Below, in pieces: positions 1-10,926 of a stretch of DNA of 32,000 bases. How positions within the stretch are numbered: position 1 is the stretch's first letter; each line of letters begins with the position of its first letter. This DNA comes from Dechloromonas sp. ZS-1 (lineage in GTDB: Bacteria > Pseudomonadota > Gammaproteobacteria > Burkholderiales > Rhodocyclaceae): positions 203,900-235,899 of the forward strand of contig NZ_JBDIYD010000003.1 in the NCBI RefSeq assembly GCF_039649255.1, in the 5' to 3' direction. The notes below the pieces were generated by a model that was not told where the DNA came from, made no database searches, and was given only the letters and a program-made list of their open reading frames with translations. The position numbers were made by a program, and so were the translations under genes.

Positions 1-9
1 ACCCGACTT

Positions 10-885
10 TCATGCCTGCCCCGACAGCGATTCCAGCAATTTCAACACGGCAATCGAGTCGTCCTCGCCAAGCCCCGAGCCCACCATCGCGTTGAACATC
101 TGGGCGGTGGCCGCCGAGCCGGGCAGGCACAAGCCCAGTTCATGCGCGGTCTGCATGACGATGTTCAGATCCTTTTCATGCATCCAGCTCTTGAAGCCGG
201 GCTTGAAATTGCGGTCCAGCATGCGTTGACCGTGGTTCTCCAGGATACGCGAGTAGGCAAAGCCGCCGAGCAGCGCTTCCCGCACCTTGCTCCGGTCGAC
301 CCCGTTTTTACTGGCAAAAGCGAAGGCCTCCGCCACCGCCAGCACGCCCATGCCGGTGACGATCTGGTTGGCAGCCTTGGTCACCTGACCGGCCCCCGTG
401 TCGCCCACGTGCACGACATTCTTGCCCATGCACGCGAACGCCGGGCGCGCCGTTTCAAAGGCGGCCGCCGTGCCGCCCGCCATGATGGAGAGGGTTGCGG
501 CAATGGCGCCCACTTCGCCACCGGACACCGGCGCGTCGATGAAGTCGATGCCCGCCTTGGCCAGGTCCGCACCGATGCTGCGGGCCGCAGCCGGCGCGAT
601 GGTGCTCATATCGACGGCCACCAGACCCGGTGCCGCCGCCCGGACCACGCCCTGCTCACCGAGCATGACCTCGCGCACATCGGGCGCATCCGCCACCATG
701 GAGATCACGAGGCTGTTGCCCCGTGCGGCTTCGGCCGGCGAAGCAGCGGCAATCGCCCCGGCCTCGAGCAAAGGCTGCATCGATTCGGCGCGACGCGCCC
801 AGACGGTGACCGTATGGCCGCCCTTGATGAGATTGAGCGCCATCGGACGCCCCATGATGCCCAAACCGATGAACCCGATTTTCAT
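10..885 (-). CDS. NAD(P)-dependent beta-hydroxyacid dehydrogenase (3-hydroxyisobutyrate / 2-hydroxy-3-oxopropionate reductase family)
   Basis: ORF 10..1062(-). The Rossmann N-terminus MKIGFIGLGIMGRPMALNL begins at the internal ATG at 885, preceded by AGGAGA. It carries the GDTGAGQVTKAANQ motif typical of this family. The upstream 59 codons look like a spurious extension. Confidence 0.85.
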   Translation of the reverse strand: MKIGFIGLGIMGRPMALNLIKGGHTVTVWARRAESMQPLLEAGAIAAASPAEAARGNSLVISMVADAPDVREVMLGEQGVVRAAAPGLVAVDMSTIAPAAARSIGADLAKAGIDFIDAPVSGGEVGAIAATLSIMAGGTAAAFETARPAFACMGKNVVHVGDTGAGQVTKAANQIVTGMGVLAVAEAFAFASKNGVDRSKVREALLGGFAYSRILENHGQRMLDRNFKPGFKSWMHEKDLNIVMQTAHELGLCLPGSAATAQMFNAMVGSGLGEDDSIAVLKLLESLSGQA

Positions 886-937
886 GCTGCTCTCCTGAAG
901 AAAGAGCGGGGATTGTAGGGGCGAGGCCGCCCTGCCT

Positions 938-2803
938 TCAACTGCTGGTTGCCAGTTCGGGCGAGGCCAGGGCGATATGCTCGGCCGCACCCGGACGGCA
1001 GAAATGGAAACCCTGGACCCGCTCGCAAGCGATCTCCCGCAGGAACGCCGCCTGCGCGGCATTCTCGACCCCCTCGGCCACCAGGCGCAGACCGAGCGAC
1101 CGGCCCAGCGCCACGATGGAGGCCACGAGCGAGGCGGCTTCCGGATCGGACTCCAGATCGGCCACGAAGGTGCGGTCGATCTTCAGGCGGTCGATCGGGA
1201 AGCGCCGCAGGTAGGCGAGCGAGGAATAGCCGGTCCCGAAGTCGTCGATGGCCAGCTTGACGCCCATGGCCTTGAGTTCGCTCAGGGTCGTCACGGAGGA
1301 GTCGGCGCTATGCATGACGGCCGTTTCGGTGATTTCCAGCTCCAGCCGGTCTGCCGGCAGACCGGTGTCAGCCAGTACGCGACGGACGGATTGCACGAAA
1401 TCGGGCTGGCGGAACTGCACGGCTGAAATATTCACGGCCATCTCGCCCATCTCGATCCCGGCGTCCATCCAGGCCCGGGCTTGCCGGCAGGCGGTCAGCA
1501 ATACCCAGTGGCCCAGCGGAATGATGAGCCCCGTTTCCTCCGCCACGGGAATGAACTCGGCCGGGGAAATCATGCCGCGCTGCGGGTGACGCCAGCGCAC
1601 CAGCGCCTCGACGCCGACCACGCCCCCGGCGAGCAGATCGACCTGCGGCTGGTAATGCAGCAGCAGCTGATTCCCGGCCAGGGCCTGCCAGAGCTCGCTC
1701 TCCAGAACCAGGCGGCGACTGGCCGCGACCGACATCGAAGGGTCGAAAAAGCGGTAGGTGCTGCGACCGCCCGCCTTGGCCTGATGCATGGCCGCATCGG
1801 CGTTGCGCAGCAGGGTCTCGGCCGAATCGCCATCCTCGGGAAAGACGCTGATCCCGACCGACATGCTGGCATGCAGCTCATGACCGTCGAGGGTGAACCC
1901 TTCGCTCACCACGTGCAGCAGGTCCTCGACACGATAGACGAGGTCATCGTGCACCTCCGCCTGGTCGATGATCAGCACGAAGGCATCCCCGCCCTGCCGC
2001 GCCAGACGATCTGCATCGCCCGCCAGGCGCTGCAGACGGCGCGCCAGCTCGCACAGCAGCTGGTCGCCGGCATCGTGGCCCAGCGAGTCATTCACGGTTT
2101 TGAAATTATCGAGGTCGAGCAGCATCACCGCGCAACGGCGCCCGCTCATCCGGGCGCGCTGCATGGCCTGTTGCAGGAAGCCAGCCAGGGCCGCCCGATT
2201 TGGCAAGCCGGTCAGGGCATCATGGTGTGCCAGGTATTCGATGCGGGCTTCTTGCGCCTTTTGCAGGCTGATATCGGAAAACACCGCCACATGCCGGCGC
2301 GGCATGCCCGGCAGGTCCACCTGCCGAATCGTCAGTTGCTGCAGGTACACCTCGCCCTGCTTGCTGCGATTCCAGACCTCACCAGACCACGCCCCTTGTT
2401 CGCGCACGGTACGGTACACATCGGCATGGAAACCGCCGCCCTGACGGCCGGACAGGAGAAAGGCCGTGGTTTCGCCCTGCACTTCGCGGGCCGCATAGCC
2501 GGTAATCCGCTCAAACGCAGGGTTGACCGCCAGAATGCACCCCGTTTCGTCCGCCAGAAGCATGGCTTCGCTGGAGAGGTCGATCAGCTGGCCCTGCAAT
2601 TCGGCGCAGCGCTGCTGCGCCAGAACACGTTGCATCACATGGCGCCACAAAGCATAAAAGCAGGCACTCAGGGCCAGGATGCAGCCGACCGCCGGCCAGG
2701 CACAGTCGGCAAGCACGCAGGCCAGCAGCCCCCAGGCCAACAGCAGGCAAAGCAGCGCAAAGAGATAAAAACGGCGGCCCAGTACGGCCGGAGGATGAAG
2801 CAA
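938..2803 (-). CDS. membrane-anchored PAS-GGDEF-EAL signalling protein (c-di-GMP turnover)
   Basis: 621-aa ORF with two N-terminal hydrophobic helices and a PAS-like segment. The GGDEF-domain signature reads GGDAF. The EAL domain carries EALVRW, DDFGTGYSSL and KIDRTFV motifs. Confidence 0.9.
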   Translation of the reverse strand: MLHPPAVLGRRFYLFALLCLLLAWGLLACVLADCAWPAVGCILALSACFYALWRHVMQRVLAQQRCAELQGQLIDLSSEAMLLADETGCILAVNPAFERITGYAAREVQGETTAFLLSGRQGGGFHADVYRTVREQGAWSGEVWNRSKQGEVYLQQLTIRQVDLPGMPRRHVAVFSDISLQKAQEARIEYLAHHDALTGLPNRAALAGFLQQAMQRARMSGRRCAVMLLDLDNFKTVNDSLGHDAGDQLLCELARRLQRLAGDADRLARQGGDAFVLIIDQAEVHDDLVYRVEDLLHVVSEGFTLDGHELHASMSVGISVFPEDGDSAETLLRNADAAMHQAKAGGRSTYRFFDPSMSVAASRRLVLESELWQALAGNQLLLHYQPQVDLLAGGVVGVEALVRWRHPQRGMISPAEFIPVAEETGLIIPLGHWVLLTACRQARAWMDAGIEMGEMAVNISAVQFRQPDFVQSVRRVLADTGLPADRLELEITETAVMHSADSSVTTLSELKAMGVKLAIDDFGTGYSSLAYLRRFPIDRLKIDRTFVADLESDPEAASLVASIVALGRSLGLRLVAEGVENAAQAAFLREIACERVQGFHFCRPGAAEHIALASPELATSS

Positions 2804-2960
2804 GATTGAAACCCCGAAAAGCGAACAGTTCTTTTTTCGGGCAAAAGTTTAACTTAGCCTCAACACTGTTTCACCGAAAACACAAAGCGAACTGGAAATA
2901 TTTCTTAAGTAATAGGCAATCAGGCGACAGGGGATTTCCCTAGCGCCTGTCTTGTCACAA

Positions 2961-4250
2961 TCAGGCCGCCGTTTTGAGGCTGTGCCAGATATTCCGGCAA
3001 CGCGTCTCGACAATCCACCAGGAACAGGCCGCCCCGGTCACCGCACACGCCAGCACCACGCTCAGGCCATGACGCCACGCGGCCAGATCATAGACACGCG
3101 CGCCGCCGACCATCTCGCCATGCCAGCCCTGATCCATGAGCCAGCCCACCAGCGGCTGCAACAAGGCCGCCGCCAAAAAGCTGCCCATGTTGGTCACGCT
3201 GGTCGACATTCCCGAGAGCATGGGTGGATTGACTTCCTTGGCACAGGCCCAAGTCAGGCTGAATCCGGCGGTCGACACGCCCAAAAGGGCAAAAAGCACA
3301 TAGGACATCGAGGCCGGCAAACTGACGCCGGCCAGCAGGATGGCCCACACTGCGGCAAAAACGTGCGTGGTCGCGATGATCACCGGCTTGCGGCGTCCCA
3401 GGCGGTCCGAGAGCGTCCCCAGCAACAGGCAGCCGACGGCAAAACCACCGAACCACAAGGACAGATGCGTCGCGGCAACCGGACGCGACATGCCATGGAC
3501 CTGCATCAGGTAAGGCACGGTCCACAGGCCGGCAAAGGTGAAAAAGGCGCCGCAGGTCCCGGTATTGACCAGGATGGCCGGCCAGGTTGCCCGGTTGCGA
3601 ATCACCGACAGCAAGGCACCGAACAGGGCGGTACGGTCGAATTTCACAGCGGGGGCGGCCTCCGGGGCATCCGGCCGATCGCGCACAATGAACCAGCAGG
3701 CCGCTGCCAGCAGCAACGACAAGGCGCCTACCCCGACAAAAACGCCCCGCCAGCCGGTCGCCTGCGCCAGCGCCGACAGCGGTGCCCCCGCCAGGACCGA
3801 GCCCAGGTTGCCGATCAGCATGCACACGCCGACCAGCGTTGCAAAACGGTTTTCCTCAAACCAGACGGCAATCAGCTTGAGCATGGCAATGAAGGTGACG
3901 GACACCCCCAGACCGATCAGGGTCCGCCCCACCAAGGCAATATCCAGCGTCGGCGCCATCCCGAAGAGGACGCTGCCAGCACCGCCGATCACCCCACCCA
4001 GCATCAGGATGCGCCGCGGCCCCAGGGTATCGGCCAGCATGCCGGTCGGTACCTGCATGACGGTATAGACATAAAAATAGGTCGCCGCCAGGACACCCAG
4101 CGAGGCCGCCGAGGTCTGGAAGGAGGCCGCCAGATCCTGCGCGATACCGGCAGGGGCAAAGCGCTGGAAAAAGGACAGGACATAGGCCAGGGCAACGACG
4201 CCCAAGGCCAGCCAGCGGCGACGCCGCTGGGCAGGATTCAGGTTCAGCAT
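2961..4250 (-). CDS. MFS transporter
   Basis: 429-aa ORF with about 12 hydrophobic segments and an MFS-like N-terminus. The antisense ORF 2952..4325(+) is Arg/Gly/Gln-rich junk. Confidence 0.85.
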   Translation of the reverse strand: MLNLNPAQRRRRWLALGVVALAYVLSFFQRFAPAGIAQDLAASFQTSAASLGVLAATYFYVYTVMQVPTGMLADTLGPRRILMLGGVIGGAGSVLFGMAPTLDIALVGRTLIGLGVSVTFIAMLKLIAVWFEENRFATLVGVCMLIGNLGSVLAGAPLSALAQATGWRGVFVGVGALSLLLAAACWFIVRDRPDAPEAAPAVKFDRTALFGALLSVIRNRATWPAILVNTGTCGAFFTFAGLWTVPYLMQVHGMSRPVAATHLSLWFGGFAVGCLLLGTLSDRLGRRKPVIIATTHVFAAVWAILLAGVSLPASMSYVLFALLGVSTAGFSLTWACAKEVNPPMLSGMSTSVTNMGSFLAAALLQPLVGWLMDQGWHGEMVGGARVYDLAAWRHGLSVVLACAVTGAACSWWIVETRCRNIWHSLKTAA

Positions 4251-4317
4251 GTTCTCTCTCGGGATTTTTATTATGCTGGCCGGGCCGCCAGCGGCCGCCC
4301 GGCCGAGGATCAGACGC

Positions 4318-4614
4318 TTATTTGAGCGTCAGGATCCATTTGGCGAGCGTGGCGGCTTCCGCCTCGGTCACATTGTTCGGTGGCATGGGCACGGCACCCC
4401 ACTCGCCCTTGCTGCCCTGCTTGATTTTCTGTGCCATCGCTGCCTCGGTCGGCTTTTTGGCCAGAATGTCGCGATAGCTCGGCCCGACGATCTTGCGCTC
4501 GACCGAATGGCAAGTCATGCAGTTCTTTTCCTTGGCCAGGGCTTCGGATGCCTGTGCCTGCGCGCTCAAGCCCAACCCCAGGGCCAGTGCGGCGTATCCC
4601 AGATGACGGATCAT
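4318..4614 (-). CDS. cytochrome c551/c552 (class I c-type cytochrome)
   Basis: Internal ATG at 4614 preceded by GGAGGA. Signal peptide followed by CMTCH heme motif. VGPSYRDI and GAVPMPPN strongly resemble Pseudomonas cytochrome c551. Confidence 0.9.
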   Translation of the reverse strand: MIRHLGYAALALGLGLSAQAQASEALAKEKNCMTCHSVERKIVGPSYRDILAKKPTEAAMAQKIKQGSKGEWGAVPMPPNNVTEAEAATLAKWILTLK

Positions 4615-4714
4615 GTTCTTTCCTCCATAAAGCGGGCCAGTCGGATGCCGGCCTCTGCGCCACAGTCTAACCCGCCCGGAATCGCCTTGGCGACTGCTTT
4701 GGCGATCGCCCAAC

Positions 4715-4746
4715 AAAAAAGGCCGGGCTGCCATGCAGCACCGGCC
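4715..4746 (-). terminator. Rho-independent terminator downstream of the antiporter gene
   Basis: On the minus strand, a GGCCGG..CCGGCC extended stem is followed by TTTTTT. Confidence 0.6.
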
Positions 4747-4767
4747 TTCGGAATCGGATTCGGACGT

Positions 4768-6108
4768 TCAGCGGGCGTCGACCGTCGCCGGCACGGTGGC
4801 CGCCGGAGGCGCAGGGAGTTCAGCTGCACGATGCAGCGGCTCCGGATGCCAGCCCAGCACGACGGCCATGACTGCAAAACCGACCACATAGGCCAGCGCC
4901 ACGTGCCAGCCGTGACGCAGCCACTGCCCGACCGACTTGGCTTCCGGATACATGTTGGAGAGCGCCACGCCAGCCGATGAGCCAAACCAGATCATGGAAC
5001 CGCCAAAGCCTACGGCATAGGCCAGGAAGCCCCAATCGTAGCCCCCCTGCTTGATGGCCAGCGCCGTCAGCGGAATGTTGTCGAACACCGCGGACACGAA
5101 ACCCAGCCCCAGAGCCGTCACCATCGAGGCCGAGGGCAATTCCTCAACCGGCATCATCGAAGCACAGAGCACCAGGGAAAGCAGGAAAACCGTCCCCTTG
5201 GCGGTTTCGGGCAGAATTTCCCAATCCGGGCGGCGCACGCCCATCGAGACCAGAATGGCCAGCCAGACCGCCACACCGATGAAGGGGAAGTGATCGGCCA
5301 GGTGGTTGAATTTCACATTGACCACCACATTGGTCAGGATGGCGGAAACCAGAATCAGGGCGACGATGCCCACCCGCCCCCAATCCACGCGGGTATGGTC
5401 ATGCGACGCTTTCAAGATCGGCGAGTACGCATGCTGCTGCTTGGCTGCCACATAGCCGGTAATGCAGAGCGCCACGACCGCTGCCACATAAGCGTCCAGC
5501 ACCTGCAGCGGCGACACGCCGGCAATCCACATCATGGTGGTGGTCGTATCCCCGACCACGGAGCCCGCCCCACCGGCGTTGGAGGCCGCAACAATCCCTG
5601 CCAGATAACCGATATGCACCCGCGACTTAAACAGTTGGTGCGCCATCGCCCCGCCGATCAAGGCGGCAGCAATGTTGTCGAGGAAGCTGGAGAGCACGAA
5701 AACCATGACCAGCAGGACAAAACCACCCTTCCAGTCATTCGGCAGATACTTCGGCAACACGACCGGCACATGGCTCTTCTCGAAGTGACGGGAGAGCAGT
5801 GCAAAGCCCATCAGCAAGCAGAAAAGGTTGATCAGGGTCACGGCTTCGTGCCCGAGATGGCCGACAAAGCCGAGGACCCCGGCACCGGTCTTGAAGCCCG
5901 TAAACAGGATCTTGTACAGCGCAATGGTCGTCGCCCCGGTCAGGGCCACATACAGCGTCGCGTTGTGAAACAGCGCCACGCCCAGCAGGGTCAGTGCGAA
6001 GAGGATGAAATCGACGGGAATACCGCCCACCGTCGGCCCCGTTGCCGCCAGCGCGGGAAGGGTGGCCAAGGCCAGGCTGCCGCCCAGCATCATGCGAATC
6101 AAGGACAT
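4768..6108 (-). CDS. NhaD-type Na+/H+ antiporter (ArsB/NhaD permease superfamily)
   Basis: Polytopic membrane ORF with a GDTTTTMMWI motif typical of NhaD-like permeases. I prefer the start at MSLIRMM (ATG 6108) over the ORF-track start at 6147. Confidence 0.7.
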   Translation of the reverse strand: MSLIRMMLGGSLALATLPALAATGPTVGGIPVDFILFALTLLGVALFHNATLYVALTGATTIALYKILFTGFKTGAGVLGFVGHLGHEAVTLINLFCLLMGFALLSRHFEKSHVPVVLPKYLPNDWKGGFVLLVMVFVLSSFLDNIAAALIGGAMAHQLFKSRVHIGYLAGIVAASNAGGAGSVVGDTTTTMMWIAGVSPLQVLDAYVAAVVALCITGYVAAKQQHAYSPILKASHDHTRVDWGRVGIVALILVSAILTNVVVNVKFNHLADHFPFIGVAVWLAILVSMGVRRPDWEILPETAKGTVFLLSLVLCASMMPVEELPSASMVTALGLGFVSAVFDNIPLTALAIKQGGYDWGFLAYAVGFGGSMIWFGSSAGVALSNMYPEAKSVGQWLRHGWHVALAYVVGFAVMAVVLGWHPEPLHRAAELPAPPAATVPATVDAR

Positions 6109-6193
6109 GGCGATCTCTGAAATAAAAATGTGGCGGGATTCTAGCACCGCCCCCTGACCGCTCGCCGCCGTGGAAATCCCTTAGAAAACGCGC

Positions 6194-7237
6194 TCAGGCG
6201 GCCGCGTCGATCAACGAGCGTTCAATTTCCATGCGCCCCACCGGACTCGCCATGGCAATCAGCATGAAGCCCGGCTTGATCAGGAAATCCTCATCCGGAT
6301 TGAACTGCCACTCGCCGTTGCGTTCGCGCACCGCCAGCAGCACATAGTTCGCGCTACGGAGTTGCAAGGCACTGATCGGCTTCGGGATAAAACCAGCCGG
6401 CACCGGCACCTCCTCGACACGCAGGTTCTTCTCCGACTTCAGCATTTCATCGAGGAAGGACACGACATGCGGCCGGATCATCGCGGAGGCAATCCGCATC
6501 CCGCCGGTGAAATCCGGGGAAACAATGGCATCGGCGCCGGCCTTGCGCATCTTCTCGATATTGCGGGTTTCCTGGCAACGGGCCACCACCCGGACCTCGG
6601 GCTTCAACTGCTTGGCCGTCAGGACAATCATCAGGTTACGGGAGTCGTCCCCGGTCACGGCAAAGACGCCCTTGGCATCGGCAATGTCGGCCGCCAGCAG
6701 CACATCGTCGTCGCTGGCATCGCCATGCAGATAGAGGAAGCCCGGATTGCGCTCCTTGTAATCGTTCAGGCGCAGCGTGTCTTCATCCACCGCGACGTAA
6801 TGGCGATGCGTCGCCTCCAGTTCGTGCGCAATGTTGCGCCCGACACGGCCGAAGCCGCACAAAATGTAGTGTCCCTTGAGTTTCTTGATTGCCTTTTCCA
6901 TACGTTTTCTCTGCAAGGTGCCATTCAAGTCCGTTTCAAGCAGCGCGACCGTCACCACCGAAAACAGCATGGAGAGATTGCCCGCGCCCAGAATGCCGAT
7001 CACCACGGTGAGGATACGCGCGGGCTGGTTGCTCGACATGTCGATGATTTCACCAAAGCCGATCGTGGCCACGGTGATGAAGGTCATGTAAAAACAATCG
7101 AACCAGGAATACTTGCCATCCGTCAGGACCATGTAGCCGATCGTGCCAAACAAATGAACCAGCACAAGCGCGACCAAAGCCACATACAGCAGGCGGAAAA
7201 TGTAGCCGACCTGCGTCGGGTTGACCGTAGCCGCCAT
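6194..7237 (-). CDS. RCK/TrkA-domain potassium channel
   Basis: Two TM helices flank a pore signature TIGFGE. These are followed by a GxGxxG Rossmann (ILCGFGRVGRNIA, TrkA-N) and a TrkA-C-like tail. The start lies 6 nt after the stop of the upstream gene. Confidence 0.85.
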   Translation of the reverse strand: MAATVNPTQVGYIFRLLYVALVALVLVHLFGTIGYMVLTDGKYSWFDCFYMTFITVATIGFGEIIDMSSNQPARILTVVIGILGAGNLSMLFSVVTVALLETDLNGTLQRKRMEKAIKKLKGHYILCGFGRVGRNIAHELEATHRHYVAVDEDTLRLNDYKERNPGFLYLHGDASDDDVLLAADIADAKGVFAVTGDDSRNLMIVLTAKQLKPEVRVVARCQETRNIEKMRKAGADAIVSPDFTGGMRIASAMIRPHVVSFLDEMLKSEKNLRVEEVPVPAGFIPKPISALQLRSANYVLLAVRERNGEWQFNPDEDFLIKPGFMLIAMASPVGRMEIERSLIDAAA

Positions 7238-7243
7238 CCGGTT

Positions 7244-7732
7244 CTACTCCGCGACCGGCACAGCCTGGCTGGTAAACACGACCGCCTTGCCGCCATCCAG
7301 ATTGGCATGCAGCGCCTCGACCAGCGGCGGGTTCATCGCCTGATCCGCATCCCAGCGCAGGACAAAATTGGCACCGGACCCGCCGGAGGCATCGTTCAGT
7401 TCGACGAACAACTCCAGCGTCCCCAAGGGGGGAATCACAACGGGTTGGGTCAGACGCTCGCCAAGCAGTTTGCCGGCCGTATCGTAATAACGGGCGGTCT
7501 GCACCCGCAAGGCGCGCCGGGGATCAACGTTACGCACGCTGACCAGCGCCGAAAGCAGGATGTAGGATGCTTTGCCGCTTTTGCCGATATTGCCGTACAG
7601 CATGTGCGAATAGATGGGCAGATAGAGGGTCTGCCCCCGCGACAAGGGACGCGCCTCCTGTGCCTGCCCGACGGTCGACAGCACGGACAAGCCTAAAACC
7701 AGGCTGAGCACTCGCAGCAAACGGCGCATCAT
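7244..7732 (-). CDS. secreted DUF3124-like protein
   Basis: Signal peptide, then GQTLYLPIYSH and GGSGANFVLRW motifs that I recall as DUF3124 signatures. Family assignment is from memory and unverified. Confidence 0.65.
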   Translation of the reverse strand: MMRRLLRVLSLVLGLSVLSTVGQAQEARPLSRGQTLYLPIYSHMLYGNIGKSGKASYILLSALVSVRNVDPRRALRVQTARYYDTAGKLLGERLTQPVVIPPLGTLELFVELNDASGGSGANFVLRWDADQAMNPPLVEALHANLDGGKAVVFTSQAVPVAE

Positions 7733-7754
7733 GTCTCCCTCCTTATTGTTGATG

Positions 7755-8171
7755 TCAGGCGTCCGCCTGATCAGCCGGCATCATACCGCCCCGGGCGTCT
7801 GTTCGCAGCAGTTCGCTGAATATCCCGGCAATCTCCTGCCAATCAATCGGCTTGGCAAGATGATGCGCCCCCAGCTCGGCACAGGCGGCCAGGAAGGCCG
7901 CATCCTGCCGCCCCGTCAGCAACACCAGGGGCACCCCGGCATAGGCCGGCATCTGGCGCATCAACCCGGCCAATGCCAGGCCATCCATGCCGGGCATTTC
8001 GACATCCAGCACGACCAGATCGAAAGCGGCCTGCAGTAGCGCATCCCGGGCCGCCAGCCCATCCTCAAACACACTCAGTGCAAATCCTTTGCCTGCCAGT
8101 GCCACCGGCATCAGCAAACGCATGGTCGGATCATCATCCGCCACCAGTACGCGATGAACGCGCTCAGTCAT
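7755..8171 (-). CDS. single-domain response regulator (receiver only)
   Basis: The REC domain starts at [15 protein letters not shown] (ATG 8171) and includes the [10 protein letters not shown] phospho-acceptor region and a conserved K in LAKP. It overlaps the kinase stop by 8 nt. Confidence 0.85.
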   Translation of the reverse strand: MTERVHRVLVADDDPTMRLLMPVALAGKGFALSVFEDGLAARDALLQAAFDLVVLDVEMPGMDGLALAGLMRQMPAYAGVPLVLLTGRQDAAFLAACAELGAHHLAKPIDWQEIAGIFSELLRTDARGGMMPADQADA

Positions 8172-10923
8172 GTCCCGCTTCCTCGCTGATAAACTCAAAG
8201 GCCTGCTCAATCCGCGCCCATTCAGCCTGTGCGGCCAGCGCCCGGAAGCGCAGACCACCCCAATCCTCCGTTCTGGCCAGGGATTCGATTTCCTTCATCA
8301 GTTCGCCCAGACCGTTGGCCCCGACGTTGAAGGAACTCGATTTCAGCGCATGCGCCGCCTTGGCCAGTGCTTCCGTATCGCCCCCGGTAAAGGCTTGCTC
8401 GAATTTGCCCATTTCCCGCTCAGCCGCACCGCGGTAGGCTGTCAACAGTTCCGCCACGAGACCATCGGCCCGCTCCGGTGCCAAGGCACGAATCCGGTTG
8501 ATCGCGGCCTGATCGAATACCGGTGGCAATACGTTGGCGGCAAAAACAGCCCCACTGATCGCCGGCTCGCTGACGGCCGCATCCCGACCGCCGCCCCGGC
8601 GCCGCTCCAAGGGCAGCCAGCGGCGCAGCACCTGGATCATTTCATCGCCGGTGTAGGGCTTGCCAAGGTAGTCATCCATCCCCGCCGCAAGACAGCGATC
8701 CCGGTCGCCTTGCATCACATTCGCCGTCAAGGCCACCACCGGGACATGCGCCCCCCTCGCCGCTTCCTGTTCACGCAGACGGCGCGTCGCCTCGAATCCA
8801 TCCATTCCCGGCATCTGACAATCCATCAGGACCAGATCAAACGCCCCATCTGCCAATGCCTGCAGCGCCTCTTCACCATCCATGGCAATGGCCACATCGA
8901 GTCCGGCCCGCTCCAGATAAGCGCGTGCCACCACCAGATTGCTTTCATTATCCTCAACCAGCAGAACATGCCCACGCAAACGGGGCACCTGGCTCTCCTC
9001 CACCGGCGCAGCGGCAGCATGTACCTCACTGTGCAGTACGGCATCCACCGCCTTGAACAACTGTGCCTGACGCATTGGCTTGGCCAGACAGGCCGCCACC
9101 TGCAAGCCCTCCTGCTCCTGACGCCCGATCATGGCCACCGACGATGCCAGCATGATGATCCGCGTTCCTGCCAGCCCCGGCTCGCCACGGATGGCCCGCG
9201 CCACCGCCAGACCATCCAGGCCGGGCATGGCCATATCCAGCAAGACCAGATCGTAAGGCTCCCCTTCCGCAACCGCCGAACGCAAGGCGGCCAAGGCGCT
9301 CACCCCGGAATACAGGGCGTCGACCAACCAGCCACGGCTGCGCAATTGGCGCGCCATGATGTCCGCACTCAAGGCATGGTCATCCACCACCAACACCCGA
9401 TGCAGCGCGCCCTCGCGGAACAGGGGCACGGCCTGTGAAAATTCCCGGTTACAGCGCAACGGGATACAAACGCTGAAGGTCGCCCCCAGCCCGGGTCGGC
9501 TATCCAGCAGCAATTCACCGCCCATCATTTCCGCCAGTTTGCGGCAAATGGCCAACCCCAGCCCGGTGCCACCGTATTTGCGACTGGTGGAGCCATCTGC
9601 CTGGGAAAAATGCTCAAAAACCCGCGCCTGGGCCTCGAGCGGAATCCCGATCCCGGTATCCCGCACACTCAAGGTCACCGGCAGGATCGCCCCGCGCGCC
9701 TGCCCGAACTCAAGGCGCAGCACAACCTCGCCCTGCTCGGTAAATTTGACTGCATTGCTGAGCAGGTTCGCCAAAATCTGTCGCAACCGGAGCGCATCGC
9801 CCTGCACGCTCAAATTACCGCCGGCCGGAATATCCGCCACCAGTTCGAGCCCTTTTTTATGCGCCAGATGGATAAACAACTCCAGCGACTCTTCCAGCAG
9901 TTGGCGCAGGTCAAACTGCACCACTTCCAGCTCCAGTTTGCCGGACTCGATCTTCGAAAAGTCCAGGATGTCGTTGATGATCCAGAGCAGATGCCGACCA
10001 GAGCGCTCGATCGCTTCCACGTATTGGCGCTGTTCGGGCTGCAGGTTCGAAGCCAGCAAGAGATCCGCCATGCCGAGCACGCCATTCATGGGCGTCCGGA
10101 TTTCATGGCTCATGGTTGCCAGAAACTCGCTCTTCGCCCTGCTACCGGCTTCTGCGGCATCCTTGGCTGCGCGGAGTTCGCGGGTCCGCTGCTCGACCAT
10201 CTGTTCCAGGCCATCCAGATGACCGGAAACGCGCCGGTCGCGTTCGCGAATGCGGCTCAGCATGCCGTTCAGACTCTCGACCAGCAGGTCGATTTCGCGA
10301 ATCCCCGTCACCCGCGGATTAACGCGCATCAGGCGCCCTCCCGTTTCAGCCAGGTCATCGGCCAGCTGGCGAACGGGGTGGAGCAGACGATGCACGCGCA
10401 ACCGGAGTAGCCCACCACCACACCAATGCACGATAGCCAACGTCAGCGCGGCAAAGAGCAGATAAATCAGCAGGCCGTCGTAAAAGGGCTTCATCCACAG
10501 ACGCAGCATCGCGACATGCGTTCCGGCATCGGGAATGACAACAGTACTGGAGAGCACGACAAAACGCCCCTGCATGGCGAAATCCGGTGTGTTATATGGC
10601 TGCAGCACGGGGAAACGTCTTTCCGGCATCCGCGCCACATCCAGCACACGCCGCCCGGCAGGGTCGTAGAGCGCAAACGCATCCACCTGCTCCATGGCCG
10701 CCAAGCCGACCAGCAAGGCCCGCTCCGAACCGCGCGGATCATAGACAGAGAGTTGACCGTAGGCATTGGCCCAAAGCACCAGTTGCCCCCGCCCCGCTTC
10801 AATCAAATGCTGCCAGGCCAGCACGCCCCCAACGGTACCACCGAGCAATAACAGGCAAGCCGCCCCGATCAACGTCCAGCGTTGGGCAATACGACTCAGG
10901 AGGGCGACGATCGAGGTGCTCAC
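8164..10923 (-). CDS. hybrid sensor histidine kinase (TM sensor, HAMP, HisKA, HATPase, two REC domains, Hpt)
   Basis: 919 aa with a GTG start. H-box [10 protein letters not shown] and G-box GGTGLGL. Two receiver domains ([17 protein letters not shown] and [18 protein letters not shown]). C-terminal Hpt motif [12 protein letters not shown]. Confidence 0.9.
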   Translation of the reverse strand: MSTSIVALLSRIAQRWTLIGAACLLLLGGTVGGVLAWQHLIEAGRGQLVLWANAYGQLSVYDPRGSERALLVGLAAMEQVDAFALYDPAGRRVLDVARMPERRFPVLQPYNTPDFAMQGRFVVLSSTVVIPDAGTHVAMLRLWMKPFYDGLLIYLLFAALTLAIVHWCGGGLLRLRVHRLLHPVRQLADDLAETGGRLMRVNPRVTGIREIDLLVESLNGMLSRIRERDRRVSGHLDGLEQMVEQRTRELRAAKDAAEAGSRAKSEFLATMSHEIRTPMNGVLGMADLLLASNLQPEQRQYVEAIERSGRHLLWIINDILDFSKIESGKLELEVVQFDLRQLLEESLELFIHLAHKKGLELVADIPAGGNLSVQGDALRLRQILANLLSNAVKFTEQGEVVLRLEFGQARGAILPVTLSVRDTGIGIPLEAQARVFEHFSQADGSTSRKYGGTGLGLAICRKLAEMMGGELLLDSRPGLGATFSVCIPLRCNREFSQAVPLFREGALHRVLVVDDHALSADIMARQLRSRGWLVDALYSGVSALAALRSAVAEGEPYDLVLLDMAMPGLDGLAVARAIRGEPGLAGTRIIMLASSVAMIGRQEQEGLQVAACLAKPMRQAQLFKAVDAVLHSEVHAAAAPVEESQVPRLRGHVLLVEDNESNLVVARAYLERAGLDVAIAMDGEEALQALADGAFDLVLMDCQMPGMDGFEATRRLREQEAARGAHVPVVALTANVMQGDRDRCLAAGMDDYLGKPYTGDEMIQVLRRWLPLERRRGGGRDAAVSEPAISGAVFAANVLPPVFDQAAINRIRALAPERADGLVAELLTAYRGAAEREMGKFEQAFTGGDTEALAKAAHALKSSSFNVGANGLGELMKEIESLARTEDWGGLRFRALAAQAEWARIEQAFEFISEEAGHD

Positions 10924-10926
10924 GCG

